Part shown: positions 41,753-50,696 of the stretch, in pieces
How the letters are laid out: the number at the start of each line of letters is the position of its first letter
Numbering within the stretch: the first letter of the stretch is position 1
Source: a virus
DNA length: 64,000 bases
Direction: 5' to 3' (one strand)
Virus record (IMG/VR): IMGVR_UViG_3300005529_000001
Coordinates: 80,882 to 144,881 of that record
Position numbers and translations under genes: made by a program
Notes under the pieces: generated by a model
Seen by the model: the letters and a program-made list of their open reading frames with translations, nothing else
Databases searched by the model: none
Told to the model about the DNA's origin: nothing

Positions 41753-42532
41753 TCAGTCAAACCGCAGGCCACGCCTGTAAGCAGCTCCGCCGCCATCAAC
41801 CACGAGGCTCTTGGCGTTTCCTGGTGATGGGTTATGGGGCGTGAAGGGAGGCTGCTTGTCTGGGCTGGGATACGGGCTGTCTTTCTTGAACTCCTGCCTC
41901 AGGCGTTCGAGAGTTTCAGCATCGAGCGGCGAGTGGATGTTGACGGTCTTGTTCTCGTCCTGGGTCCACCCCAACACTTTCAGCAGCACATCAACTGCTT
42001 TGATCCCATTCGCTTGGGCAAACTGTAAGATCGTCATGTGTTCCGAGGGTTCAAGCACCGGGCGTGAACCGTCAAGGATGACATCATCGTCAGCGGGACC
42101 GAGCGGCGCCAGCGAGGGAGGTGGGCCCGGTCTTTCTGGGACAGGGACCGCTGCATCAAGCTGTGGGATCGGGTCAGTGGGCTCTCGCTTCTTCACCCAT
42201 GCTTTGGGCGCAGCTTTTTCCTTGCGCGGTCGGGTGACATCGGGCTTCGGGATCGTCGTGATGGCCCGGGGCATCTCACCCAACCTCGTCAGCAGGTGAT
42301 TGGCCTCCATGAGCCAAGCGTCCTTGGCGATGCTCTTCTTCAGGTACTGGAGCTGGTTGGTTGCAACGGCGCTGTTCGGAGAAGCGTTGATGATGCCGTG
42401 CTCGGGATGTAATGTCAGGACGAGCCCGACATGCTTCTTCAGCTCAGCAACGTGCTTCTTCGCCCAACGGTTGACCCAGTGGTTGTCCAGGACATCAGTA
42501 ACCTTGTTCTTTTTCGATTTCTTTGCCATCAC
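41753..42532 (-). CDS. protein with IF2_N-like domain (HMTILQFAQANGIKAVDVLLKVLGW) and basic N-terminus (259 aa)
   Basis: ORF track; the motif resembles the N-terminal domain of translation initiation factor IF-2. Confidence 0.45.
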   Translation of the reverse strand: MMAKKSKKNKVTDVLDNHWVNRWAKKHVAELKKHVGLVLTLHPEHGIINASPNSAVATNQLQYLKKSIAKDAWLMEANHLLTRLGEMPRAITTIPKPDVTRPRKEKAAPKAWVKKREPTDPIPQLDAAVPVPERPGPPPSLAPLGPADDDVILDGSRPVLEPSEHMTILQFAQANGIKAVDVLLKVLGWTQDENKTVNIHSPLDAETLERLRQEFKKDSPYPSPDKQPPFTPHNPSPGNAKSLVVDGGGAAYRRGLRFD

Positions 42533-42537
42533 GTCCC

Positions 42538-42798
42538 TCAGCTCACGATGTCTTCGTCATTGACCTTCATGACCCCGAGCTCGAGTGGCTCGCCGTCATC
42601 GGGCTCCTGTTCCCAACCGTGCGGGTCAAGCAGCTCAGCCCACCGTGATTTCATGTCAGCGATGTGGCGCCTCAGCTTCCTGTTCTCGTTAAGCAGCACA
42701 GTGCACCTGTTCTGCGTTGCGACAAGGTTAGCGTCCAGAGCAGCATTCTCTTCGAGGAGAGCTCGGTCCCGCTGGCGGAGCTCATCGAGTTCAGACAT
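42538..42798 (-). CDS. coiled-coil protein (86 aa)
   Basis: ORF track; heptad-like ELRQRDRALLEENAALDANL. Confidence 0.45.
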   Translation of the reverse strand: MSELDELRQRDRALLEENAALDANLVATQNRCTVLLNENRKLRRHIADMKSRWAELLDPHGWEQEPDDGEPLELGVMKVNDEDIVS

Positions 42799-42830
42799 GA
42801 GCTAACTGTAACGCGTGATCGCTCGGCTGT

Positions 42831-43079
42831 TCAGGGCGCGGGCGTCACAGGAGTGATGATGACTTTGGAACAACCACCGTCAGCTTGCAATGTCCCACCA
42901 GCTTGTTCGCAGTGTTCACGCTTGAGAGCATGTTCCTCGGCGCCGCAGCTGCCCATGCAGATGCCACCCAAGAATGTTGCAAACATTCCTATCACACACA
43001 TGACGATGATTTGCCTATAGTCGTTGCGAATCTGCTCTTCACGAAACAGCTGTTCGAGCCTCGTGGGTTTGGTCTCCAT
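42831..43079 (-). CDS. small membrane protein (82 aa)
   Basis: ORF track; TM helix IIVMCVIGMFATFLGGICMG. Confidence 0.4.
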   Translation of the reverse strand: METKPTRLEQLFREEQIRNDYRQIIVMCVIGMFATFLGGICMGSCGAEEHALKREHCEQAGGTLQADGGCSKVIITPVTPAP

Positions 43080-43410
43080 CGTCAGTCTCCGTAGTTGCGA
43101 TCATTGCGTTCCACTCTTCGTCCTTGCCTTCTACGATGCGGATGGCTTCTTCGTGTCGCCGTCGTCGTTCTTCGCGTGCGTCTCTCCGACGTTGCAAGAT
43201 GCCCTTTCGCCATTTGGAGAAATTCTCTTGGACCCAAATGATCGGAAGCACGATAGCTGCAACAACCATAAAGAGAGGCCAGGCTATCGCGATCAACGGG
43301 TAAGGAAGTCGATCGCTGTCATTTGTGTCGTCAAAGAACGCTGCCACAGCGCAGGCAGGATAGCCTAGCACGTAGACAATCAGGAACAACCACCAATACC
43401 AGTGCATCAC
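43039..43410 (-). CDS. membrane protein (123 aa, 2 TM) with basic/acidic tail
   Basis: ORF track; WYWWLFLIVYVLGY and PLFMVVAAIVLPIIWV. Confidence 0.45.
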   Translation of the reverse strand: MMHWYWWLFLIVYVLGYPACAVAAFFDDTNDSDRLPYPLIAIAWPLFMVVAAIVLPIIWVQENFSKWRKGILQRRRDAREERRRRHEEAIRIVEGKDEEWNAMIATTETDDGDQTHEARTAVS

Positions 43411-43653
43411 CTACTCCTGTTGTGTTCTTGAGATGTCAACCGACTGAGCATAAAACGACTTAGCGTTTCGTAGTTTTGCCACCACCAAATCATGACGGAT
43501 GACTGGGATAGCACACCTGAAAAATGACTCACGCCATGCCGCAGCCTCCTCAAAGAAAGCTCGCCAGTCGCCTCGCTCGATCGCGAGGCTCATTGACCCC
43601 GAGTAACGGGAAGCGTTCTCAAGCTCTTCGAGCATCCGTTCACTTGTATGCAT
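43411..43653 (-). CDS. hypothetical protein (80 aa)
   Basis: trimmed to ATG 43653; the long track version overlaps 43640..43948 by 175 nt. Confidence 0.4.
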   Translation of the reverse strand: MHTSERMLEELENASRYSGSMSLAIERGDWRAFFEEAAAWRESFFRCAIPVIRHDLVVAKLRNAKSFYAQSVDISRTQQE

Positions 43654-43948
43654 CGGGGTCAGCACGCATGTCTTGTTTGCACGACTCACACGGGTAACCG
43701 CCGGGCGTCGGGGTGCCGCACCCGTACCCGCCACCCTTGCACGGCTTGAGAGGTAGCTTGGCACGTCGTTCCCGCTCCTCAGCTTCTCGGATGGGTCGCA
43801 AACGCTGGTTCTCAAGGTCCTGCATGCGGTACCGTACGAGTTGAAGTTCCTTTGGGTTATCGGTTAGGAACTTGACAACTTCTTGGGGAAGACCACGTGC
43901 CATGCAAGCAGTGTACCCTTTTACGTGAGTAGCGTACACTGTGGTCAC
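43640..43948 (-). CDS. hypothetical protein with C-terminal Cys-rich module (CKGGGYGCGTPTPGGYPCESC)
   Basis: ORF track. Confidence 0.45.
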   Translation of the reverse strand: MTTVYATHVKGYTACMARGLPQEVVKFLTDNPKELQLVRYRMQDLENQRLRPIREAEERERRAKLPLKPCKGGGYGCGTPTPGGYPCESCKQDMRADPDAYK

Positions 43949-43959
43949 GGGGTCCTGGA

Positions 43960-44271
43960 ATGAAAAAGTGGTTCGACCGTGTCCAAATCTGGCTGTACCT
44001 TGCGGGCCTTCCCACGATCGCTTCGTGGGTTGGACGTTTTGGGTCTCCTCCCGTGCTCATCGAGCATGATGATGTTCATGAGCGTATCACGCTCCCAGAG
44101 ATTGGCATTCCCACGGGCCGTGAGCACCTAGAGGGTGTTGGCTGGCGTTTGGACGAGTTCCCGCCCGAGCCTTTGCGAATTATTGACTTTGACAACACGT
44201 TCAACGACAACAGGCTCATTGACATGGGCCGGGACGTTGCGCTGCCTCACTCGAAGCTCGACGTCAACTGA
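43960..44271 (+). CDS. hypothetical protein (103 aa)
   Basis: ORF track. Confidence 0.4.
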   Translation: MKKWFDRVQIWLYLAGLPTIASWVGRFGSPPVLIEHDDVHERITLPEIGIPTGREHLEGVGWRLDEFPPEPLRIIDFDNTFNDNRLIDMGRDVALPHSKLDVN

Positions 44272-44304
44272 ACTACGGACAGCGCGTGGGTTACAATACC
44301 CACC

Positions 44305-45078
44305 ATGAGTCGTCTGATTGTCATTGGTGATTTGCACGGGTGTCTGGCAGAAGCAGAGGAGCTGCTCCAGAAGTGTGACGCCCGTCCCGAGGACCACGTC
44401 CTCTTTTTGGGTGACCTCGTTGACCGTGGGCCCGACAGCGCTGGTTGCGTTGACCTCGCCATGCGCATCGAAGCGCGGCAAAACAAGCGTGCATGCATCC
44501 TCGGCAATCACGAAGAAAAACACCTTTTCTATGACGACATCGAGCTACGCAAGGGCCACGTGCGTGTTGATGTCGAGACACATATCGAGACCCGCAAGCA
44601 GCTGAAGCGTCACCATTACGACTACTTCAGGGCGATCCCGAAGTTCTTGCGTTTCCCAGAACACAACCTCGTCGCGGTCCATGCTGGTGTCTACCCTGGT
44701 CGCCCGATCGAGAAACAGACCGATAGGCACCTGCTCCACATCCAGAGCATCAGGCCGCCCGAGGAGAAATCGATGTGGCCCAGCCGCATCCCACCCAACG
44801 AGACGGACTGGCGGTTCTGGCACCGCTACTGGGACGGGCCCGAACGCATCATCTTCGGTCACAGCGTCCTCAACAAGCCGCTGGTCACCGACAAGGTCAT
44901 CGGCATCGATGGCGGCGCTTGTTTCGGCTTGGAGCTGTGGGCGTACGTTTTCCCTGATAATCAGCTCGTCAGCGTCAAGGGCCGTGGCTCACACGATCAC
45001 AAGGACCTTGACAGGCGCGGCAACTCAAACAAGAAGCTCTACATCATTGATGAGGACCACGGCGTGGGCACGTACTGA
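44305..45078 (+). CDS. Ser/Thr protein phosphatase (PPP/calcineurin-like metallophosphoesterase, lambda-PPase-like)
   Basis: IVIGDLHGC, GDLVDRGPDS and LGNHE motifs in order, followed by the later His motifs. Confidence 0.7.
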   Translation: MSRLIVIGDLHGCLAEAEELLQKCDARPEDHVLFLGDLVDRGPDSAGCVDLAMRIEARQNKRACILGNHEEKHLFYDDIELRKGHVRVDVETHIETRKQLKRHHYDYFRAIPKFLRFPEHNLVAVHAGVYPGRPIEKQTDRHLLHIQSIRPPEEKSMWPSRIPPNETDWRFWHRYWDGPERIIFGHSVLNKPLVTDKVIGIDGGACFGLELWAYVFPDNQLVSVKGRGSHDHKDLDRRGNSNKKLYIIDEDHGVGTY

Positions 45079-45231
45079 TGAGCCAGTCCGACCGTGCCAA
45101 GAAGAAGGCGAAGGCGACGACTAGCGATGGGTGGAACCGCGACCGGATGAATGAGACGCACCGGAAGGGCAAGCGCAAGGCAAAGAAACAAGTCAGTCGG
45201 GCTCGCCGACGCATCCCCATTGAGGAGAGCG

Positions 45232-45465
45232 ATGTCTCACAAGGTCCTGTTTAAAGTCCCCAACCCGTTTCGCAAGACTTACCCGGGCCAAGCTAGCAAG
45301 CCGTGCTTCGTCTGGTTGACACGTGAAGACCAGTATTGCGACGGCCGGAACGAAAACGCTCCGATCGGTTCTCACTACCTGTTGATGCTATATGGGCTTG
45401 ACGGCCGTGTCAAGCTTCACTATGAGCTCAACGTTTTGAACAGGATGCACGGACAACGAGGCTGA
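45232..45465 (+). CDS. hypothetical protein (77 aa)
   Basis: ATG 45232 within track ORF 45151..45465; an alternative 57-aa Lys/Arg-rich ORF (45078..45251) overlaps in another frame. Confidence 0.3.
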   Translation: MSHKVLFKVPNPFRKTYPGQASKPCFVWLTREDQYCDGRNENAPIGSHYLLMLYGLDGRVKLHYELNVLNRMHGQRG

Positions 45466-45888
45466 TCAGGTGCCCTCACGGCTGGTGTCGATGTTCTTTG
45501 ACATCCACTCGTTCTCACGCTGCCAGGCATCCTTTGCGTTCTGGATGTCTTCTTCGTCTGCCATTCCGACGAAGTCCTCAGCCTTCCACACGTCGAAGCG
45601 ACGTTGGCTTGAGTGACCACCAAAACCGACGCTGATTGTCACATAGGGTTCCTGGTCCTTGTTATGAACGACGGTGAATTCCTTGATCTCACCAGCATGG
45701 GGCTTGCCTCGTCCTGAACCGCGAAACCGTTCAGCGGGAGCAACCATGACCCAATCGCCCACCTTCAGCCCGTCATGCTCTGAGAGCTTCTCGTAGTGAG
45801 GCAGGCCCCGAGCGAAAGCTGCTTGCTTTGGATCTGTCGGAGCTGCTTCGCGAAGAGCGAGCCGGATCTTGCCTAATGTCGTTTTCAT
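45466..45888 (-). CDS. hypothetical protein (140 aa)
   Basis: ORF track; leaderless start behind promoter 45895..45923. Confidence 0.5.
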   Translation of the reverse strand: MKTTLGKIRLALREAAPTDPKQAAFARGLPHYEKLSEHDGLKVGDWVMVAPAERFRGSGRGKPHAGEIKEFTVVHNKDQEPYVTISVGFGGHSSQRRFDVWKAEDFVGMADEEDIQNAKDAWQRENEWMSKNIDTSREGT

Positions 45889-45894
45889 GTGTCC

Positions 45895-45923
45895 ATCCTA
45901 CCACGAATCAATGTTTTTGTGAA
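45895..45923 (-). promoter_or_regulatory. sigma70-like promoter (TTCACA-17bp-TAGGAT), leaderless start at 45888
   Basis: TTCACA AAAACATTGATTCGTGG TAGGAT GGACAC ATG on minus strand. Confidence 0.45.
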
Positions 45924-46117
45924 CTGGTAAGCAACGGCAACCAGACTGACTTGATGTCACGTGCAACCATCACGCCCGTGATGACAGCGATAGCACCTGA
46001 GGCTACGGGAACCAGCAGTGGTAGCTTGGTGAAGAAAAAGGTGAACAGACACGTTGCTGTCATGCTCACAAACACGATCCAACTGAACGTAGGACCAATG
46101 AGTTTTGTGGCGATCAT
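45908..46117 (-). CDS. small membrane protein (69 aa)
   Basis: ATG 46117 with GGAGG RBS; two hydrophobic helices. Confidence 0.4.
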   Translation of the reverse strand: MIATKLIGPTFSWIVFVSMTATCLFTFFFTKLPLLVPVASGAIAVITGVMVARDIKSVWLPLLTSSQKH

Positions 46118-46127
46118 CGTTACCTCC

Positions 46128-46307
46128 TCAGTAGGGCATGCACTGTGGTCGGGTGTCAACACCCGGGAAGCGGCAGACGTAACCGGAAGGACAATCAGCC
46201 GGGCTGCTGCACGCCTTCGCACCAGGTGCCAGGGGCTTGACGTTCGTGGTCGAGAAACATGCCGTTAGGATGACTGCGGTCACCAACGCGGTGAGGAATT
46301 TCTTCAT
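46128..46307 (-). CDS. small Cys-rich putative lipoprotein (59 aa; MKKFLTALVTAVILTAC lipobox)
   Basis: below the ORF-track size cut-off; ATG 46307 overlaps the upstream stop as ATGA; signal peptide plus LTAC lipobox; 6 further Cys. Confidence 0.35.
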   Translation of the reverse strand: MKKFLTALVTAVILTACFSTTNVKPLAPGAKACSSPADCPSGYVCRFPGVDTRPQCMPY

Positions 46308-46477
46308 GTCGAGTAACTATCGACCTCATGGTCTCGGTGGAGAAACCAAAAGACCGCACAGAACATCGAGATGAGGACTATGGCACCGGGGACGTTTTGT
46401 TGTCCGATCAGGCCATGACAGCACATGCCGACAACAACGGCGATGACCCACAACGAGTAGGCTGCGGTTTTTGCCAT
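46304..46477 (-). CDS. small membrane protein (57 aa, 2 TM)
   Basis: below the ORF-track size cut-off; hydrophobic LWVIAVVVGMCC and IVLISMFCAVFWFL. Confidence 0.3.
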   Translation of the reverse strand: MAKTAAYSLWVIAVVVGMCCHGLIGQQNVPGAIVLISMFCAVFWFLHRDHEVDSYST

Positions 46478-46513
46478 GATCGTACATTATCAAGCACGAT
46501 CACATCGTTTCAC

Positions 46514-46783
46514 TCAGCGACGCCAGGTGACTCGACCCTTGGTCAAATCGTAGGGAGAGACTTCGATGGTGACATTGTCACCGGGTAACAGACGGATGCG
46601 ATTGATCCGCAGCTTGCCCGACAACGTGCACACGACCGTGTTGCCCGCCTCACACTTCACCCTGAAGAGCGTTCCCGGTAGGGCTTCCTCAACCCGTCCT
46701 TGAAGTTCCAGTCGGTCCTGCCGTTCCTCCGGCTCGGTCTGAAACTCTTGCTCCTGCCTGCCCCTTCTCTTGTTCTTGCTCAT
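46514..46783 (-). CDS. infA: translation initiation factor IF-1 homolog (S1-like OB fold) with a 25-aa basic N-terminal extension
   Basis: LELQGRVEEALPGTLFRVKCEAGNTVVCTLSGKLRINRIRLLPGDNVTIEVSPYDLTKGRVTWRR aligns along its whole length with bacterial IF-1; GAGGA RBS 5 nt before ATG 46783. Confidence 0.65.
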   Translation of the reverse strand: MSKNKRRGRQEQEFQTEPEERQDRLELQGRVEEALPGTLFRVKCEAGNTVVCTLSGKLRINRIRLLPGDNVTIEVSPYDLTKGRVTWRR

Positions 46784-46983
46784 TGTCCTCGTCTTCGTTG
46801 TCAGCCGGACCACCAAGGCCCGGTGGTGGGCTCATCAAGCTGTTGCTACGTTCAAGGCTGGAGCCACCGCTCCCGCCCCCGTCCATGAAAAAACCAGCGC
46901 TGTACCTGAGGTCATCATCAACGCCAAACTCCAACAGCTGGCGGATCTTTGCTCGTAGCTCGTGCAACCTGATTCTCATCCAT

Positions 46984-47382
46984 TTACGTATCTTGTTCGG
47001 ACAGCTTCTGGGTCTCATGACCAAAGAACAACAATGACCGTGAGTGTTCAAGGGCCCAACCCACGCCTATCTCACATGATCGCATCGTCGCGTAACATTT
47101 GATCGTTCGCCCGTGGTTTTCAGGGGCGACAAGAGCGTAGAAATCAATGCACTCGCTCGATTGCGTTTCAACATTGATTTCTCGAAGATCGCCGACACCT
47201 GTGATGAAAACGATGTCACCGTTCGGGTGCCGCCCCGCCGCCACCACAATCCTCGCCCTGTCTGGATCAACACGCACCAGTTCCAATTCTTTCGTGGGCA
47301 ACAGCTTCATGTAAGCGGGCACTTCAACGGTGACTGGCCCCTTGACGTGAATGTCAGAGTTGGGTGCGATCGTCAACTCCAT
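46984..47382 (-). CDS. hypothetical protein (132 aa)
   Basis: ORF track. Confidence 0.45.
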   Translation of the reverse strand: MELTIAPNSDIHVKGPVTVEVPAYMKLLPTKELELVRVDPDRARIVVAAGRHPNGDIVFITGVGDLREINVETQSSECIDFYALVAPENHGRTIKCYATMRSCEIGVGWALEHSRSLLFFGHETQKLSEQDT

Positions 47383-47434
47383 TTCAGAACAAGGTACAAC
47401 GTCTGGGGATAAGGTACATGCCTAGGTACCTACA

Positions 47435-48542
47435 GATGCTCCCGTATGACTATCTGATCGTAGGTGCAGGTCTGTTCGGATCGACTTTCGCGTGGCACGC
47501 TAGACAACGTGGCAAGCGTGTCTTGGTCATAGACAAACGAAACCACGTGGGCGGGAACTGCTACACCCACCAGGTTGAAGGGATCCACGTCCATGCTTAT
47601 GGCCCGCACATCTTCCACACGAGCGATCAACAGGTCTGGTCATTCGTCAACAGGTTCGCTAGCTTTCACAAGTACGTGCACCGGGTCAAGGCTCGGCACG
47701 GTGACAAGCTGCTATCTTTGCCCGTCAACCTGATGACGTTCAACAAGCTATGGGACGTAAAGACGCCAGAAGAAGCCGAGGCAAGGCTCCAACAAGCCAG
47801 GACAGTTTGCCCGCATCCCAAGAACATGGAAGAGTGGGCCCTGTCGCAGGTCGGACCCGAGATCTACGAATTGCTCTTCAAACACTACACCACCAAACAA
47901 TGGGGCCGAGACCCAAACCAGATGCCCGCCGCTGTGTTGAAGCGTCTGCCGATCAGGCTCACCTGGGATGACAACTACTATGATGACAAGTGGCAAGGGA
48001 TCCCAACTGGCGGCTACACCCGGATATTTGACGGGCTGTTAGAGGGCTGCGATGTCCGTCTGGGAATCGACTATCTGGCACACCGTGAAGAGCTTGACAA
48101 GCTAGCACGGGTTGTGGTGTACACAGGCCAAGTAGATGCGTATTACGATTACGCGTTGGGCAGGTTAGAATACCGCACGCTTGACTTTGAAACAAAGGTA
48201 ATCCCCCACAGCAACTACCAAGGTTGCGCACAGCTGAACTGGACGGGCCCAGAAGTTCCCTGGACTCGGACAATCGAACACAAGCATTTCGAACTCACCG
48301 ATGTGCCTGCTACCGTTGTCACGTGGGAGACACCTGCAGCGTACAAACCGGGTGATGAGCCCTACTACCCGATCAACGATACTAGGAACAACGATCTCTA
48401 CATGAGGTATAAAGACCTAGCCGATCACGAACCCGGGGTCTTGTTTGGCGGACGGCTGGGAACCTATCGCTATTTTGACATGCACCAGGTGATTGCACAA
48501 GCAATGCACCTGGCGAAACAAGAAGGGTTGATTGATGTCTGA
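47435..48542 (+). CDS. glf: UDP-galactopyranose mutase
   Basis: near-colinear match to Glf: YDYLIVGAGLFGSTFAW, KRNHVGGNCYT, IHVHAYGPHIFHT, RTIEHKHFE, GDEPYYPIND and FGGRLGTYRYFDMHQVI; start set at ATG 47435 rather than track GTG 47364. Confidence 0.8.
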
Positions 48543-49236
48543 CGTTCTTGCTTCTTTCTTGCTGCCATCTCGTGGACGAATCGATCGTTTGGTCCAGAGC
48601 ATGCAATCAGTTCACCGTCGCAACGGCAACGTCTCACGTTGGGGTGAGATTCCCAACTATGAGTTCCTGATCCGTGCCGATGACGATGATGTCGCAACAG
48701 TCAACGTGCTTAAGAAGCACTACGTTGGTGATCCGTACACTCGGGTCACGTTTGGTCCACGTGGACGTGGTTACCTGGACCTGCACTTGATGGTCAACGA
48801 GCTCGCCGCGCAAGCACGGGGTGAGTTCTTGGTCCTCTGGAACGACGATGCATTCATGGTCACTCCAGACTGGGATGACGTGCTGTTAAAGCACCTCAAT
48901 GATCCACCCCTGATTTACCATCCGACTTCTGCGGGCACCACTCGTAACATCTTTCCGATCGTCCGCCGTAGCATCTACCAAGCCATGGGCCGGTTTAGCG
49001 AGAGCGCCCTTAACGATTTTTACGTCTGGACGCTTGCAAAAAGGCTTGGTATCAACACGCAGATCAACATTGATGTCCGCCATGACCATCCGCAAGTTGG
49101 TGGGACAACGATCGATCAGACGTACGTCGATGCAATGAAAGCGTGCACCGTTGTCAAAAATGACGACAAAGACCCACGGATCTTAGCGTGCTTGGACGAA
49201 GACGAAGCAAAGATCCGAGCGCTTCTCAGTAAGTGA
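48532..49236 (+). CDS. probable glycosyltransferase (GT2-like: LLPSRGR...DDDD)
   Basis: N-terminal LPS/T-R-G-R-style motif and acidic DxD-like motif at GT2-typical spacing; weaker than glf. Confidence 0.45.
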   Translation: MMSDVLASFLLPSRGRIDRLVQSMQSVHRRNGNVSRWGEIPNYEFLIRADDDDVATVNVLKKHYVGDPYTRVTFGPRGRGYLDLHLMVNELAAQARGEFLVLWNDDAFMVTPDWDDVLLKHLNDPPLIYHPTSAGTTRNIFPIVRRSIYQAMGRFSESALNDFYVWTLAKRLGINTQINIDVRHDHPQVGGTTIDQTYVDAMKACTVVKNDDKDPRILACLDEDEAKIRALLSK

Positions 49237-50005
49237 GAAGTTGTCGCCAGTGTTCAGGCATGAGCTGAACCTCGCCCACCGCATATGGATCCCCGAATTG
49301 GTTTGACTGTTTATCGATATTAGCGAACACATCAATAACAGACTGACGATCAGCGATGTTTAACCGGGCTGAATGACGACGGAAATACTCGTCAACATCG
49401 AGACACCAACCGTGAAGTAACGACAGTGTTGGGTCAATTGGCTCATTGACTTGTTTGATACCATTCAAGTAAAAGTTATGGAAGCCCCTCTGGTACGTCA
49501 TTGGCACTTTTGTCACCAGTGTCTTGTCATACATGGGTAGCCTCCACATCGACCGTCTGTCAACAAGGAGTTGAGCGCCTGGCGTCCGTGACAGCATCGC
49601 TTCACCCGGTTGTTGTACCACATTCCACCCAACTGCACGTCTCCACTGGTCTTTTGACTTCAGGAAACGCTCACAATAGTCTCGCAAGTTAACGTACTTG
49701 GCATTGGGGATCAGGAACTCGTCGGTCTCGGCAAAGACAACGACGGGGTAGCGTTGGAGCAACTCACGTTGCATTTGCTCAACAACCTGTTTCAAAAACA
49801 GACTGACGTGAGTTCCACGTGACGGCACACACACAAAATTGACCCGAGGGTGAAGCAATCGTGCTTCTTCCACGCTCCCATCATCAGTTGAGTTATCGAT
49901 CACATAGACGTCTTCAGGCGGAAAATTGCTGGTGTAGTAATTCAGCCACGTCCGGAGAAACAACGGCTCGTTTCGTGTGATGGTAAAAGCAGCGAAGTCT
50001 CCCAT
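49226..50005 (-). CDS. glycosyltransferase family 2-like protein
   Basis: AAFTITRNEPLFLRTWL...VYVIDNSTDDGS matches the GT2 N-terminal signature (IIPTYNE...IIVVDDGSTD). Confidence 0.55.
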   Translation of the reverse strand: MGDFAAFTITRNEPLFLRTWLNYYTSNFPPEDVYVIDNSTDDGSVEEARLLHPRVNFVCVPSRGTHVSLFLKQVVEQMQRELLQRYPVVVFAETDEFLIPNAKYVNLRDYCERFLKSKDQWRRAVGWNVVQQPGEAMLSRTPGAQLLVDRRSMWRLPMYDKTLVTKVPMTYQRGFHNFYLNGIKQVNEPIDPTLSLLHGWCLDVDEYFRRHSARLNIADRQSVIDVFANIDKQSNQFGDPYAVGEVQLMPEHWRQLLTY

Positions 50006-50042
50006 GTGTAGATTCTACTCTTCCATGATTTAAAGTGTTGCT

Positions 50043-50387
50043 ATGTGGACTGACCGCCCCCGGATGTGGACTGATGGGCTTGTCATGGCGACCCTAGTGG
50101 GTCTCCTCCTGATCATGATAGTTAGCATCGGGTTTGAAACTAGTTCAGTTCCCATTTCAATCCCACAGTGCCAGGAAGTCGTCGTGACAATTCACCAAGG
50201 TGAGGAAACACTGGCAACATGCCCCGCAGGGACATGGCTGGATATCATGGATGACAATGTCGTTTGCAGGTGCTCTCCCCAAGACCGTCACCAGCCCGTA
50301 CCCAAGTTCATCACCCCTCCCTCGACCACACAAATACCGAAGGCAACTCCCCCGCAAAGAGACGACAAGGGCGGGATCGAGATCTGA
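50043..50387 (+). CDS. membrane-anchored Cys-containing protein (114 aa)
   Basis: ORF track; TM helix LVMATLVGLLLIMIVSIGF. Confidence 0.4.
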   Translation: MWTDRPRMWTDGLVMATLVGLLLIMIVSIGFETSSVPISIPQCQEVVVTIHQGEETLATCPAGTWLDIMDDNVVCRCSPQDRHQPVPKFITPPSTTQIPKATPPQRDDKGGIEI

Positions 50388-50394
50388 TGCTTAG

Positions 50395-50637
50395 ATGCTG
50401 CTCATACTCACGGCACTGCTCACGTTCGTTTTGATTGTGGTCTTGTCGCGAGTTGGCATGCTTCACAAACGTGAAGCACAGGACTCACCTTTCATCGCTG
50501 ACATTGCACACGGAATTTGCCCGCGGTGCGGGGCCCTACGCCCGGCTGTCAAATTGCCAGATCCCCCAAGCTTTTGGAAGAGCTTTAGCTGCACGTGTGG
50601 GTTCACGGTGAAGGCTCACCTACGAGATCGAACGTAA
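50395..50637 (+). CDS. small membrane protein with C-terminal Zn ribbon (CPRCG...CTCG)
   Basis: ORF track; same TM plus ribbon architecture as 17226..17453. Confidence 0.45.
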   Translation: MLLILTALLTFVLIVVLSRVGMLHKREAQDSPFIADIAHGICPRCGALRPAVKLPDPPSFWKSFSCTCGFTVKAHLRDRT

Positions 50638-50696
50638 CTCTAACGGTGAAACGACGTGCAACCATGGTGTAGGTTGTGATCAAGAGGTTACACACC

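Noticed and set aside
43411-43815. full-length 134-aa version of ORF 43411..43815
   Set aside because: its N-terminal 54 aa overlap gene 43640..43948 and are Ser/Arg-rich; trimmed to ATG 43653
46689-47051. 120-aa ORF overlapping the 5' end of the IF-1 gene
   Set aside because: low-complexity Gly/Ser/acidic tail and 95-nt overlap with a well-supported gene; possibly a short real N-terminal part (MRIRLHELRAKIRQLLEF...) but not confidently callable
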